The translations under genes were made by a program, and so were the position numbers. Shown piece after piece: positions 25,335-39,202 of a stretch of DNA of 64,000 nucleotides. The notes under the pieces were generated by a model. It ran no database searches and had not been told where the DNA came from. It saw only the letters and a program-made list of their open reading frames with translations. The DNA comes from Vicugna vicugna (Eukaryota): NCBI GenBank assembly GCA_013265495.1, contig MU058463.1, forward strand, positions 1,759,523 to 1,823,522. Reading direction: 5' to 3'. Each line of letters begins with the position of its first letter. Positions within the stretch are counted from its first letter, which is position 1.

Positions 25335-25975
25335 CAGTGAGACCTCAAACTTAAGTTCAAAGTTAAACTCAACGTTTTTCCCCCTGCACATGTTCTTCTT
25401 TCTGCATTTCCACCTCTCAGCTAATTTCAGCACCAGACCCCTAGCCGCACAGACTAGCTAGTCTGATTCACTCCATCCTCACCCTCGTGTCCTCAGATGC
25501 AGTGAGTCGCCACATCTGCTTCTCCCACGTGTGCTCTTTTCATCCCAAGGGAAGTCCTCAGCCCCTCCCATGTGGACAATTGCGAGGCTATGAACCCTGT
25601 TCAACTTCAGCTCCACGAAGGAGCAAATGCTTGCACTGCTGCCAGGGTCATCTTCCAAAACACATCTCAGATAGTGCTCTGCTCTTATTTACAATGTTTT
25701 CATAGATTTGTATTGTTCAGAGAAATAAATTCCAACTCTATAGCCTGACATCTGGCTTCAGCATACCTTTCAATCTTTCCTCTTGCTGCCGCTCTGCCGG
25801 ATAAGAGCCCATCAAACTCTCTCATCTTTCCCTGAGCTTATTTGACCTTTCGTGTCCCCGTGTACTGTTTCTGCTTAGCTTTTCACGTTGTGCTTCCCTT
25901 TGGATCTTAGTTCCTGCTGGGGATCTGGCACTCAGGATTTGTTCAATGATTGAATAAAGGAGTGAAAGAACCTAC
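25335..25975 (+). mobile_element. L2 remnant, highly degraded
   Basis: gacctcaaacttaagttcaaagttaaactc; ataaattccaactctatagcctgacat; ctggcactcaggatttgttcaatgattgaataaa. Confidence 0.5.
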
Positions 25976-26051
25976 CCTTTCCTCATTAATTATATATTAG
26001 CATAAGATGGAGAACCAGAGCTAGGAGTGAGCACAATTAGTATGCTTTGGA

Positions 26052-26495
26052 TTGTGGAATAATTTTGTCCAGAGGTGGCTGGCTGAAGGGCCTTCTCTAG
26101 CCCACCTAATCCCTATTTTTGCCTTCTTTCAGATTAACACAGTTTCAGCTAGACACATGGATGCCCAGCGAACCACTACATTTCCCGCCTCCCTTGCAGC
26201 TACAAATGACCAGCTCACTAAGTATTTGTCAATACTTTGAGAACATAATGGATGGGCACCCTTTGTAGGCTTATCCTTAAGAATAACTGGATGTGGTTCC
26301 TTCTGGCTCTTCTCCCTTTCCGGATGCCTGGGAAATGGTATAACTAGAATGCAATCTTAGGCCTGCAAGTGGAGGCCTATGGAAGATGGCAGAGATACCT
26401 GCCAGTCTTAGAATACCCCATAACTCTAGACTGTTAAGCCACTACAGTTCAAGAGCTGTATGTTATAACCTGTAGCCTGTAACCTAACTAATACA
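26052..26495 (+). mobile_element. ERVL LTR16/LTR33-like solo LTR
   Basis: tcagctagacacatggatgcccagcgaaccactacatttcccgcctcccttgcagcta; ends cctaactaataca. Confidence 0.65.
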
Positions 26496-26519
26496 CTCTC
26501 CTTTTTCCTTAAAAAATAA

Positions 26520-26945
26520 TCAGTTTTGTTCAGCATGACCATGTACTCAACTAAAATTCATTACCTCTGTGGACTTCCTTGCAACTATAGGTAGCCTGAA
26601 GGTCCATTTTGGGCCATGAGATATGACTGGAATACTTCAGGGAGGAGCTTCCAGGAAATGTTAGTTTTATGGTAAAAGGAAATAGACTAGACTAGCAAAT
26701 GTCATTTTTTCCCCTTTGTCTTTTTTTTAAAAATTTTTGTTTTGTTGAGGAGAGGGAGGTAATTAGGTTTATTCATTCATTCTTTCTTTCATTCATTCAT
26801 TTATTATTATTTTTTAATGGAAATACTGGGGATTGAACCCAGGATCTCATGCATGCTAAGAATGCACTCTCCCATTGAGCTGTACCCTCCCCACTCCCCT
26901 TTGTCTTTTGTAATTTTCTTGTTGCCTGGGAACTGTTTATGATGC
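26520..26945 (+). mobile_element. LTR33-like fragment interrupted by a SINE
   Basis: ttttgttcagcatgaccatgtactcaactaaaa...ttccttgcaactataggtagcc...gggccatgagat...gagcttccaggaaa. Confidence 0.45.
26725..26894 (-). mobile_element. Camelid tRNA-derived SINE (vic-1-type) with 15-bp TSD
   Basis: tactggggattgaacccagg (B box, antisense)...catgctaag...ttgagctgtaccctccc; TSD tcccctttgtctttt at 26710-26724 and 26895-26909. Confidence 0.9.
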
Positions 26946-27689
26946 TTTTTTTTGTTACCGATTCCCTATTGAAAATTCAGAGCCTTCATCTCACAATGGC
27001 AAAAATACTATTAGATTTTGCATTTCCTACCTGGGACATTGCAAGTTATCAATCAATGAACACGTGCACCTTTAACTAAAACACTGATTCATACATTCAA
27101 ATTAGTCAAAGCTTTGCTTTTTGGAACAACCCTGGATGGACTACCTTGGGGTTTCAAATCATTTAAGGAAAAGTAAAACAAACAAATAAACTTGTAGTTG
27201 GGTTTCTCTTCCTTCCAGATGAACTTATTCCCAAGTAGTTCAATGGGAAAAAAAAAAAAAAGATTTGGGAAACTGTATTAATCATTGGCTCAAAATGAGG
27301 CAGTTATATAACAAGGATACTTAAGAAAGTAAATAAAACTTCAGGCTACACAAGTAGCAGTGCATCCTCCAAACCCAAGGAGACTATAACTTCCACTGTG
27401 CTTTCTTCCGACAAGTCACAAGTCACTACTGAAAAGATTAGGTTACATTAACAGTTTTCAAATTAATTTCAATTTCATGATTCAATAAATCTTCCAAGAT
27501 TTAAAAGTATGAATCAAGCAAATAAGGAAGCGTTTTATAAGAACTTTTCAGGGCAAAACTGTTCCCAATCTCTCTGGCAAAAAGATGAAAATGAAAATTG
27601 TTCAGGTGTCATCCTCTTTTGAGAAATAAAACATTATGCTGTTGACCCAGCACTGCTTACTATCTTTCTTTCCCATCAGTATCTTCTGA

Positions 27690-28785
27690 TGGATCCAATT
27701 TCAAAATACATCCTGAATTGGCCCACTTCTCTCCATCTTCACGTCTACTCCCAAAACCAGGTGAGCGTCAGTGCTCACCGAGACACCTGCAACAACCTCC
27801 TGGTTGGCCTCTCAGCTTCCATATTTGAGCCCTGTGTTCTACTCTGCCCATGTTACCAGAGGTGTTGTTTAGAAATGTAAGTCATGTCGTATCTGTATTA
27901 GCTGGCTTATGTGATTTGCTATAGCAAATAAGTCCTATAATTTTGATCGTTTAAAATAACAGAGGTTTATTTTTCCTCATGTAAGCATCTAGTGCTTGTG
28001 TTCCTGGTTGATAAGAAATTTTCTTCCAGGCTAATTTCATTTTGTAGCTCTGACATGCTTAGGGCTTCAGAGTCCTTTATTTCCAGCAGGAGAGGGAAGA
28101 CAGAGGGTGGAGAAGGCACACTTTGTTTTACTACTTTGGCCTCAAGTGACACAGAGCACGTCTGTTCACATTCCACTGGTGAGAAATGGTCACTGGGGCC
28201 CGCCCAAATGCTACAGAGCATAGCACTCAGGTCTTTTGCAGACAAGCTTATGGTTTATGTTACAACTAGAAAACCTAATCTAATCATGGTCTATAAAGCT
28301 TTACATGATTTCAAGTCTACTCTGTCTTCAACATCATTTTATATTACGTGTCTCTGAGCACAATAACATCAATCCTCATTGACTTTCTTTCTGTACTTTG
28401 AGCACAGCTATTTACCACTTCAGGACCTTTGCACCTACTAAATCCTATGCATACAGTGCTTCCCTCACCCGTGTTTGCAAGACTGTCTTCACATTCAGAT
28501 CTCAGCTCAACAATGACTTCCTTCTGGAGGCCTTTCCTCATTATTTCATCTAAAGTAGATGCTTGCTGAACCAGCTTCAGTGATTTTATCCTGGTATATT
28601 ATTATATTCATAGCATTCATCATCATATGAATTTATCTGACTTATTTACTTATTTATTCTTCCTTCTTTTTATGCACTAGAAGTGTAGGGACCTTTTATT
28701 TCTTGTACTCTACTGTCTCTCCACTGCTGGCACATAATAAATGGCTAATAAAATCTGTTGAATGAATAAATAAACTAATAAACAG
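27690..28785 (+). mobile_element. L2 3' region interrupted by an MLT1 LTR
   Basis: cccacttctctccatcttcac...cctgcaacaacctcctggttggcctc; resumes at ~28270 and ends ggcacataataaatggctaataaaatctgttgaatgaataaa. Confidence 0.8.
27895..28265 (-). mobile_element. MLT1I/J-like MaLR LTR
   Basis: ttaaaataacagaggtttatttttcctcatg; aagtgacacagagcacgtctgttcacattccactggtgagaaatggtcac. Confidence 0.6.
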
Positions 28786-30309
28786 AAGTAGTTTATAGAA
28801 TATTTAATTTTTCAACTCTTTAAGGAAATAATTAGTATGAATTAACATAGTTGGGAATTGTTCTATGACTGATGGATCGAATCCTTTAATGTTTATTCTA
28901 TGATATAATTAAATATATTTGGAATATCTATGCAAAAAACATTCTATTGAGCACCACATGGTGCATAGAGACACATAGTCACATCAGCAAGCACATACCC
29001 TATTTAGGCAAGAATTATAATGAGTATAATATCAAGAAATGTAAAGGTTTAAGTAAGCTACCATAAGCCCATTAAGATGAAATGCTATGGAAAGAAAGAA
29101 AGAAGGACCATAAATGATTGAGGGAATGTGGCAAGGCTTTGGCATAGCCATCAAGAATAGTTAGAATGCTTTTTGGTCTTCTCTTCTGTCTTTTCTGTAA
29201 CAAGTAACAGCAAGTTCAGGGAATTATTTTAATCACAATCTGCAGTTTCTGTGTGTTCATCAGACCTCATCCTGATCTTACAAAAAGCCAGCATGTTGCC
29301 TGGAAAGAAAGTATATCTGTTTGACACAATCTTCTCAGGCTGCTCAGCTACAATTAAAGTAAATACAACCCAAACTGGTGGATCCTGGAGACCCAGCCAG
29401 CTCCCCAGTGACTTTTCACTTGGAGTTTCCACAGCTGTAAAGTGGGCATAACTGCAAATCCTGCTCCTTCCCGCAAAAAGCCTTTATGAAATATCATGAG
29501 AAAATATTGACAAAACATTTTGAATTTGTGGTTAAAATATTCCTGGAATAGCTCAGTGAATGCAGAATTTGGGATTTAACGATCAAAGAATAGGGTCTGA
29601 TAAATGATGTATTTCAGTTTTTGGCATTTTTCATTCAGCTTCCATGACTCCGGGAATTATTCTGCATAGTCAGTTTTTCTTTTAAACTATTTTTATGGTA
29701 TCTTTCTTGAGAAACCATATTGTTGATCTTGTAAATATCCTAGAAACTCTAATCTGTCTCCTGGTAAAATTCTGCAGCGGTGATTGGATTAGACCTGTAT
29801 GTGTCATTAACGCCAGTCTCACCCTTTATCAGGAGTCGCAGAACTTTAAGACAAGAGAGAAGAGCCCTTATCTCTGACTGCACAGCCAGTCCTGGTACCT
29901 CTGCACTTCCCTTTCTGGATCCCTGGTCCTGCTCAGGGCTCCCTTCTCTGGCCTCCAAACTCCTCCAACTCTCAGTGCCGGATTCCCACCTGGAATAGTC
30001 TCCTGCTTGTACCTGCCTTCTCTTCTTGTCATCACATCTTCTAGCCTCTGATTTGCCAACAATTTACTCAACGCTTCCTCCCAACAAGAGCAAAAATCTG
30101 TCACTCTATGGTTCATAAAGGTTGACAGGAACAATAATGAAATTAGAAACCTAAATAAAAAAGAAACTCAACAAAATGCTTGGCCATCCCAGGGTCAGTG
30201 TAATATTAACCACTGTATCTTAAAATTTAGAGGATCTGTGTGTGGTTTCTTCCACCTGCATAACCTTCAGGCAACAATATATAAACTAATAATTTAGGTA
30301 AAGTCATGT

Positions 30310-30590
30310 GTCTGTTCAACAATGATCAAATGCCTAATAGGTTTCTAAGCCTTGTTCTAGCCTAGCTGTTCAGTGAAGAATAAGGCTTGTGGCTGTGCTC
30401 ACAGGGCAGCGCAGGCCAGTGGAGGGAAAAGGCACATTATGATAGGTGAGGTCAGAGTTAAGAACATGCATAGTCGAGGGCAGCACTGCCATCAAATCTC
30501 TGGTGTGCGTGGGGAGCGGCGGGGCTGGGTTAGCTAAGAGATCCCAGGGGAGGTGACACTTGGAATAGTTTTCACAAGGTGATTATGATT
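30310..30590 (-). mobile_element. L2 fragment
   Basis: gttcaacaatgatcaaatgcctaatagg...ttgttctag...cccaggggaggtgacacttg. Confidence 0.55.
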
Positions 30591-32699
30591 TTGAGAAACC
30601 CAAAGGCTTGGGGCACAGAGCAGTTCGGGCAGGGACCAGCAAAGGCCTGGACTTCGATTGCATTTGCTGACTTTTGGGTACCGGTTTTGGACTGAAATGG
30701 TTTCTGTTCTCAAGAAGACAGGAAGAGGAAACATTTCTTTGCATTCTGTCTTGTCCCTACTCTGATTAACGTGTCTTCTCTTTCTCTACAGTGAAGCCAA
30801 GTATGATGCAGCTGTACAATATAATAACATGTATCTGTGTCGCATTGTATAGTTACTCAAGTGTTTTTGAAGAAATCATCCACATCTGATCCTTACAACA
30901 AGCCTGTGAGTGAAGCAGAGATGGCAGTACGCATCACACTCATCCAGAGCACGGGCACCGGCGTCCAGCAGGCCAGACTCAGACTCTCCCAAGTGTGGGC
31001 CAGCTGTTTCGCTTCTCTGAGACACGTGTTCTTCTACTTGCCTCTCACATGCCTGTCATGTCGCACCTCCCTCGACTCATCAGATTTCCTTAGTGGGGCT
31101 GGCATTCCATTTGACAGTAGGAAATCCAACCATGGCCAATTTTAGAGGCCGCAGACAATGTAGATGAAAGTGAAGCCCTTTGGAGTCCTACTGTCGGGGT
31201 TTGAACTGCAACTCTGTTCCTCTCTTCGTGGAAAGGGCTGCTGCTCCTCTTTGGAAGGTAATATCTCGCTGTCTTGAGACCACGTGTCCCTCATGCCCCT
31301 GCTCTTTTGGCCTGGGCTATGTTCCCTAAGCATGTGCCGAGTTTCCTTCCATAATTCACTGAAGCAGAGTTGAGGCATCTCTATAATGTTAACAAGACCA
31401 CTAGAGGCTTCCATTGCTGTTAGAATCCACAGTCCTCAGCCCCCGCAGAGGCACTTGGGCATTCTTCTCCATCCCCTGCTGTGGGGAAGGGTCCACCTAC
31501 CACTCCCCAGGAATTGGCTCCATACCCAAGAAGCCAGCTCATTGAGGGGTGGTGGGTGAGAGGAAGAAGTTTGTCCTCTCACACCAGAATAATACATATT
31601 AGAGGCTCCCCTCTCCCTCAGGAATTCACTCTTCCCAGGATGATTGGCAGAGAAGAAATTTTAATTTCTTTCGGGCAGGAGCACTTCCCCACTTCCAAAG
31701 CCCTGTGAAGCTAGGCAGGACTCCTGGCAAGCTAAAATTTTAACTAGTCTTTCAATGGATATTTTTCAGTGTTCATTTGTTTAGTGGGCAAACATTGTTT
31801 TCCATTCATGAAAATGGTAACTATCTTTTTAAGCTCAAAAGAAGCAATTAAGACCTAGTTGGCATACAAAGTAACATTTTTATAGACTTGACATTATAGC
31901 AAGAAACTTAAAACATTTTTTTTCCCTCAAAGTTGGTATCTATTTTGTCAGAGATGAGAACAGCTGCTTTTCTAGTCCTATTAGCCCCATCCCCTAAATA
32001 TGGAACTACATTCACCTTCAGGGATGTGACCTGGCTTTTGGCTCATAAAACATATAAATATAAATATAAATATAATTCTGAGTGTATGATTTTTAAAATT
32101 TGGCTTATTTAGTTTTGAAGAGTGCTGTGCATGGGACATTAAACGTCCGATCCGGGTTGGTCTGTAGTCAGGACAGGGGTCTCAACTCCAAAAGTGCCGA
32201 GTTGAAGATGCCATCTCCATAGTGACTCTTCCAAGTCTTTGCACCTAATCTCTTGTGGGGAGTAATTTAATGAGAACACGACACATACACGCAACCCATG
32301 CATATACCCAGTCTGCCAAGATAAGCACTCATTTTTTAAAGTATGTTGTAGTCTAAATCTTTGTTTAGAACAGAGAAATTTTTCTACAGAGAAAAAAAAT
32401 CCCCCCCAAATGACAACTTTTTACATTACAATTCAGAACAAGCCAGTGTTTTGAGATCTCTCAGCCCTTCCCTCCTCTCCTCGCTCAGAGCTATCTTACT
32501 GTCCTCACTTTTGATCATCATTCCTTGCTGTTCTCTGCAATTTACCCCCAGAGCAGGTACCCTGAGCCCAAATCTTATTTATCTTCAATTCCTTACAAAG
32601 GCCGTTGTGACATAGGTGTTACTTCCTTTCCTCAACATTTGTACTTTGTTTCCAACATTCCTGAAAAACCTTTTTCTTTTTTGGCTCATCTCTTGAGTG

Positions 32700-34190
32700 T
32701 TGTTTTATGATCCAACACAAAAGCCCTTTTAAATTTTTAGTATCATTTTATGCCATAGAAATATTTGATTTGGCATAATAATATGCCATGTTCTCTATTT
32801 TATTAGTTTTAAAAAATTGTTTACACTTGAGTTTTTTTCTTTTCCCTGCTTTTTGGGGGGTATATAATTCTCTCTGGTATTTTTTTGCCATTATACATGT
32901 CTTGCAGCAGTTAACTTTATAATTACTACTGTATGCTATACCCTTAGACCTTTATTTCAATAGATAGTACTTACTACTTTCCTATGATAGACAGTGAGGA
33001 AAATAATATATTTTGTTATCTTCCTCCCCTTTCTCCCTTTCTTCTGCACCTCCCAACTTTAATCCATTACATGTTTTGTTTTGTTTTGGTTTGGTGTTTG
33101 GTGTTTACCTTTCTTTATTAAATAGGATTATACAGCTATTGCTTGGTTTGTTAGCTTTAAATAATATTCTTTGAATCCTGATTGATATGATGAGAAATTA
33201 GCATTCTTTACCTTCTGCTTTCTTTTCCTCTTTCTCTCTATATTTTTACTAGCCATACTATGCATACACACACACACGTACACACACATAATTTACCTTT
33301 CTTCCATTCTGCCCTGATGTCTACATTTGTTTCATTTTTGGTTGTACAGGTAAATATATTGAATTTTTACTATCACCATCGGTTCTTTTTTATAGTCCCC
33401 TTGGTCTTCTGGAGAGTCGACTAGATCTCTAATATTGCCTGAGTTATTGTATGAGAAATACAGTTTGTTAGTTTTATACTTGATTAGCAATTTAGCTGGG
33501 TATAAAATCCTTATGTTGAACTTTTTTCCTGAAAGATTTTTTTGTTGGGGTTACTCTTATGCTCGGATTAGGTATTGTGTAGAAGTCTGTATTCAGCCTA
33601 ATTTTTCTCCCTTCATAAGTAACATGATTTGTTTGCCTGCCATCCAGGGAAGGATTTATATTCAGAATTTATCAGTATATGAGGATATATCTCATTGTTG
33701 ACAACACTGAGTAAATGTTCCTTGGCATATAGTGAATGTTCTCATATGGTAGATTCAAATCAATTTTTAATTCAGGATTTTTTTTTTCCAGTTAAACCTT
33801 GAGCTGCTGATTCTATTGCATCATTTTAGTTTTAGGCTTTGATTAAAGGACTCCAGAGTCTACATTGCATTTCTTTTGCCTGCCTTCAGCATTTTACCTG
33901 CAATTCTTTTTAACATTTTTGCTCATTTCAATTTTATTTTGTCACTTGAATAATTTCTATATCTTCTATATTTACTGTATTTTTGGCACTATTTTCCCTT
34001 GTAATCTGTCCAATGTTGCCTTTATTTTTGAGATTCCCCCCCCATCCTGGTTTTGAGCAATATCAGCTCATTTTTAATTTCCTCCTTGTAGCTCAACGTT
34101 ACCTCCCTTAATTCTTATATTTCTGCTTTGTGGTAATTACACCATTAAATTATTATTTTTTTAAATCAAGGTAAATATATACATGTTTTG
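32700..34190 (-). mobile_element. Ancient L1/HAL1 remnant (ORF1 region)
   Basis: Strongly T-rich; aatttagctgggtataaaatcctt...gtagaagtctgtattcagcctaatttttctcc is typical antisense old L1/HAL1 ORF1. Confidence 0.55.
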
Positions 34191-34204
34191 CAGTATTTAT
34201 TTTT

Positions 34205-34435
34205 TAAAAATTAACATATTCAAATTACTTTGTCATGATTACTATTCTAGCATTTTATAAATATTAGTTCATTTAATCACCATAATCAACCTAGGCAGAA
34301 TGTATTATCTTGAACTCCACTTTACAAACTGAGGAAAATGAGGCAGTAAGATGTGAATTAACTTACTCCAGAGATTTGTAAAGAGGCAGTCTGTTTCCAG
34401 ACTCCACTGGGTTAACAACTATTTTATGCTGCCTC
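34205..34435 (-). mobile_element. MIR SINE
   Basis: ttcatttaatcaccataatcaacct...ccactttacaaactgaggaaaatgaggca...gtctgtttccagactcc. Confidence 0.75.
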
Positions 34436-36903
34436 CTAGCTCAGTTTAGTTTGTTATTTATTTTTTATTGTTTCTTCCTTTATTTTTCATTTGTAGTATC
34501 TCATTTCTGTTTTCCTTTTTGCACTTATTATTGAAAAAGTTACATTTTTCTGGACCAACTACTGCAGTAGTTTCAGATGTGGAGGAGGAGCCAGAGCTGG
34601 GTTCCAGGCTGTGGCATCTTCGCACATTTGTTCACGTAGTTACTGCTTCTCACCAGTCAGTGGACACAGGCAGGTGCAAGGCAGTGCAAAGACGCTCTTG
34701 AACCCTGTTGTCACAGGACAAACTGTTTCCCTTTACATAGGGCAGTTTTATGAGCGATTCTTTTTTTTGGACTTTCCTCTTTCGCATCTCAAAATCAATG
34801 CAAGTCCAGCATTGCTTCTTCTGCCATCCAGCACACCCCAATCCTGTGCTGCACAGAAGCATCTAGATTTAGTGACTAGACTGCCCCATCACATCTGAGG
34901 GCTGTCATTTTGCTGTGTCTTTGTGATTTCTGCAGAAGCTGCCCCCTTGCCTGCTGCCAGGGAATTCACTCCGTGGCATTTTCCTCCCGGCTTCCTCCCA
35001 CACGCCTCTGCTCTGCCCTGCTTGGTCTCCGCTGCTTCTGGAAGCCCTTACATCTACTTCGGGCTCTGGAGATTTGAGCTGTCTCCTGCTTTTGCAGAAA
35101 ATGAAGTTTGCATTTTTGTTTCCCGTTCTCCTTGTTGCTTTTGGATGTTCTCCAGCAGGAAAAGGGGGATATGCTCCCAGCATGGACCACATTCAGACCA
35201 CAAGTGCTCCCTTTACATTTTTGTACTTCCATTTCTTCCACAGCCAGAGACCCTGAAATTAAAGTTACTAGACCTCTGACAAGAACGGCTAATAAAATGA
35301 TTCTAAAGTTTTTCATGAATGAACTGTTATTACCGAGAGAATGGGAGAGAGTACGAACACTGCTGGCCTCATTTGATTAGGCTCACGCAGCCAGACTCTA
35401 TTGAAATCACTTTTTACCCTATTCTCATTGATGAATGTTACTAGTATGCTGTTTACTTCCTCTACCGGATTACAAATGAATGCAATTAAAATTCTAAAGT
35501 AAAAAATCCAAACCCTCTTGCCCTCATTTACAGCACATTTAAAAGCATCTAGATTCATACACGGTATCTATTCAACATGTGCAATGATATTAAATAAAAG
35601 CGCTATTCAGCTTAAAGATTCTTTTGTGGTTATGACTGAATTATTGAAGGAAAAGTATGGTTCTCCTATGTCATTTTAATAAAATAGGCAACAAAATGGA
35701 AAGTGGTAAAGCAAAATATGCTCCCGATTAATAATCAGCTAAGCAAACATTTATTTTAAAGTCATTCAATCCATTCTCAAGATATTCTAGTACATAGAGT
35801 TTTTTAAATTATATTTTTACTCTGTGAACACTTGGATTAAAAATCAGTGTCATTCTCTACTCCAGATTTTAAAACTGTCCAAAGTGAAACATTGTTCAAA
35901 GCAAAGGCAGTTTCAGAAACTATCTTGCAGCACTCAAATTGCAAAGAGGAAGAAAGAAATGTGTACTTTTACTGTTCTCTTGACTCTGAGGCTAGAAGCC
36001 TCCCTTCTAATTTCCAGGTAAAAATATTATCCATGTTTGTGTATGAACATCATTTAAACTTTATGTACGTTTCTTCCCACGTTTAATCCTGTTTGATTTA
36101 TGTTATGTAGGCTCTAATATTTTATTTCCCTTTTCATTAAATACTGACTTCAGAAACTGAAAAAAACTTGAAGCAGGAAAGAGCTAATTTTAACAATGTT
36201 AAATGAAATTGATATTTAAGTTGAAACATGGCCTTCTTCACCTCTCAATCCCCCATAATTCCTCTTATGCCTTAATTATGGTTTGTCAGGCCTATAATTT
36301 GGCTATAATTTGCTTCTCTGAAAAAAGTTTAAGAAATGAATCATTTGTTCTTAATCCTTATTAGTGAGATTTTTTTTTTTCCTCTCAATTTTCTCACCTT
36401 CTAATTTTCAATACAAATGATGAATCATGAAGTCACTGGGATTTTCCTAAGCATGTTTGGCAAACTCTTCGAATTTCTTGCCTATAAAGAAGCCTAATTT
36501 GGGATTTTTTTTTTTATGACAGGAAGACATCATTTATTGCCTGAATAAAATATGTGTTAGTGAAACAATTTAAATGAAGAACTTCTACGTGATGTAAGTT
36601 TAAAAGTTTATATCGTTACCTTGTCTTTCTTACTTCAAGTAATATTCTCTGATTTTATGTTGATATTTCTGCAGCCTGTTCATTTTTAAATTGTCCAAAT
36701 TTAAAAGAATTAATAAAGTAAAAGTAATGCCTTTTACAATTAGTTTCAAAAGAATGTTATGTGATCATCAGATAGTGCAGAACATTGTAAGTGTTTTTTT
36801 TTTTTTAATTTGAAACTTTGAGTGTTGATTCAACGTTAGTAGGTACTCAGTGTTAAGTGAACAGGTAGATGAATGAATGAATGATGTTAAGATACAGGAA
36901 AAG

Positions 36904-37014
36904 CAGGGTGACCAGCTCATCCCAGTTTTCCCAGTATTGTCCTGCTTTTCAAACTGGAAGTCCCTTGTCCTGGGACACTGTCAGTCCCTGGCAACTTTAA
37001 TGGCTGGTAACTCT
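36904..37014. mobile_element. MER81 (hAT-Blackjack MITE)
   Basis: agggtgaccagc...aaactggaagtcccttgtcctggga...cagtccctggcaa...tggtaactcta with degenerate TIRs. Confidence 0.75.
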
Positions 37015-37060
37015 AGAAAATGTTAAGTTTACTTCTCATACCTTTTGCTTTGTTTCAGAA

Positions 37061-37262
37061 CAAGGGTCAGCAAACCATGGCCCCTGGGCCAAAGCCAGCC
37101 TACAACTTACTTTTGTAAATAAAGTCCTGCTGGAATATCACCATACCCTTTCAGTTATGTATTGTTTAGGGCTACTTTTCCACTGTAACAATTAGTTACA
37201 ACAGACATATGGCCTGCAAAGCTAAAAAATTTACTACTGTTTTCTTTACAGAAAAAGTTTCC
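37061..37262 (+). mobile_element. MER58A (hAT-Charlie)
   Basis: caagggtcagcaaaccatggcccctgggccaaa...ttttgtaaataaagt...atatggcctgcaaagctaaaa...tttacagaaaaagtt. Confidence 0.85.
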
Positions 37263-38084
37263 ATATTTGTACATTCCATATTTTGGTTTATCCACTTTAC
37301 ACAATTAAAAGAGCATCATTTTAGAAAAAAAAAACCTTTCAAAACGTGTAATTAAACTTGATCAAAGATATTATTTATGATTTAGGGGTAAAATAAAATA
37401 TATTCACGTATTGTGTCCTCCCATTCTATTCCAGCTACTGTGCTAAGTTTTAGAAATGAATGTAAAAATAAAGAAGACGCTATTTATCCCCTTGGCGAAC
37501 CCATTCTGTAGTCAAGGAAATAAGCAGGTAATGTTGGTAAAATGTGAATAAAATGTAAATGAACGCAAATATACTCAGATGAAATATTTTAGATTAGTTG
37601 GGGTGATGTTTTAATATAGTGGTCATTTTTGAAAAAAATTCACTTTTGCCTTTTTCTTCACTAAAGACTATGCTTTACTAACCACCTCAGTGTAAGGCTC
37701 GAGAAGAAACGAGAGAAAAGCAGTTACCTTGGCTCCTTCTTAATTTCTTGATTGAAGATTGTGACCTACACCTGCCACTTAACACTGCAGTGACTACACT
37801 GTCAGATAAAGGTTTTCGTCAACATTTTCATGTGCTTTTAAGATAGTGCTAGCATGATAAAAATGGAACAAGCAAGAACATTTAGGGAAAAGTTTAGATT
37901 TAAACCGAACTTGAAAAGATGACACTTGTGAGTCAGAGTTGCTAAGATCTTATAGAACTTTCTTAGCAAAAATATAGACTCAGAAGATAAAAAAGAGAGA
38001 AAGAGGGAGAAATAATAAAGTAATCCAGATTAGAGAAATAAGGAATGAAAAAACCTTTAAGTAAGGATAACCAAAGCTTATTGA

Positions 38085-38244
38085 AATCTTATCATATGAT
38101 AGTGCTTGAATTCTGGATTTAGCTATGCCTGAATTCCACCCTTGCACATTTTAGCAATGGGAACCATTAAATCCCATTTTTCACATATGCCAGATTCAGC
38201 TGATGTTTCTATCACCTGTAATTGGTAAAATCCCAAATAATACA
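38085..38244 (+). mobile_element. MLT1J/K/L-like LTR 3' fragment
   Basis: ttgaattctggatttagctatgcctgaa...aaccattaaatccc...tttctatcacctgtaa...aaataataca. Confidence 0.55.
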
Positions 38245-38454
38245 TAGTACTTCTTCAGATTTCCTCTGAAATAGCAGAGAAAAATAAAAATGAATATGTG
38301 GCAACTTGAAAGTGTAGCCCAGAGAAGCCTAAAGCACGTATACAATGTCTTTCAACTCTCTCATTTTATCTTAAAATTCACAGGAATTTTGTTATTCTTT
38401 GTAATATGTTTTTTTTTAAATAAAAAAGAATATGCCTCAGAAAGAAAGAAAAAT

Positions 38455-38680
38455 AATAAAAACTTACATGTGTCCTGCACTGGCCTAAGTGGTCAACATA
38501 CCTCATTACAGAACACTTCACAAAAACAATTGGAACTATTATTCCTATTTAACATATGAGAAACTTGAAGCTCAGTGAAACGAAACAACTTGCTCAAGGT
38601 TATAGGACTATAGATTGAAAAGCCAGTATTTAAATCCTGATCAAGTGTAATGCCAAATTTTAACTATTGTCCTGAGTATG
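38455..38680 (-). mobile_element. MIR SINE
   Basis: attattcctatttaacatatgagaaacttgaagctcagtgaaacgaaacaacttgctcaaggt. Confidence 0.7.
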
Positions 38681-39202
38681 ATGATATCATGGACCAGAAA
38701 GGACACAGACCTGGAAGTAGGGCATCAGAATCAAGAAGTGCTAGTAGATGTGCCAGGTTCAACTCAAGGAAGTGGAATACAGGGCTCAGTACAGGAACAA
38801 CAGCAAAACCACCTCCTCACTGTCAGCATCTAATATACATCAGACACTATGAACTAAAAGGCAACTAGAAGCCCTTGGAAGGAACTACCAAGCCAGCCAA
38901 GTAACATGACCTCGTGCAGGAAATTAACTTCAGCTGTGTATAGTTTATACCCCCGAGGGGTCTTGACATTCCAGTAAGCACTGTTGTGCCACTGAACTGG
39001 CTTGGTATGTTAAACTCCAGAAACAATGTGGTGGAATGGGTAACACAAAAGAACTGCCAAAGGTACAGTGTGAAGTCAAGGGCGCTATCTTGGGTGACTA
39101 GACCACCCAGCCCCGCCCTTCCTCAGCATAGGTGTGCAGTGGAACCTCAGTGCTGGAGAACCTGACTAGGAGAACATTTTGTTCCATTTCATAACTATTT
39201 CA

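Noticed and set aside
26820..26894. tRNA gene (also 39265-39345)
   Set aside because: The A/B-box-like sequence is the head of a SINE with a tail and TSD.
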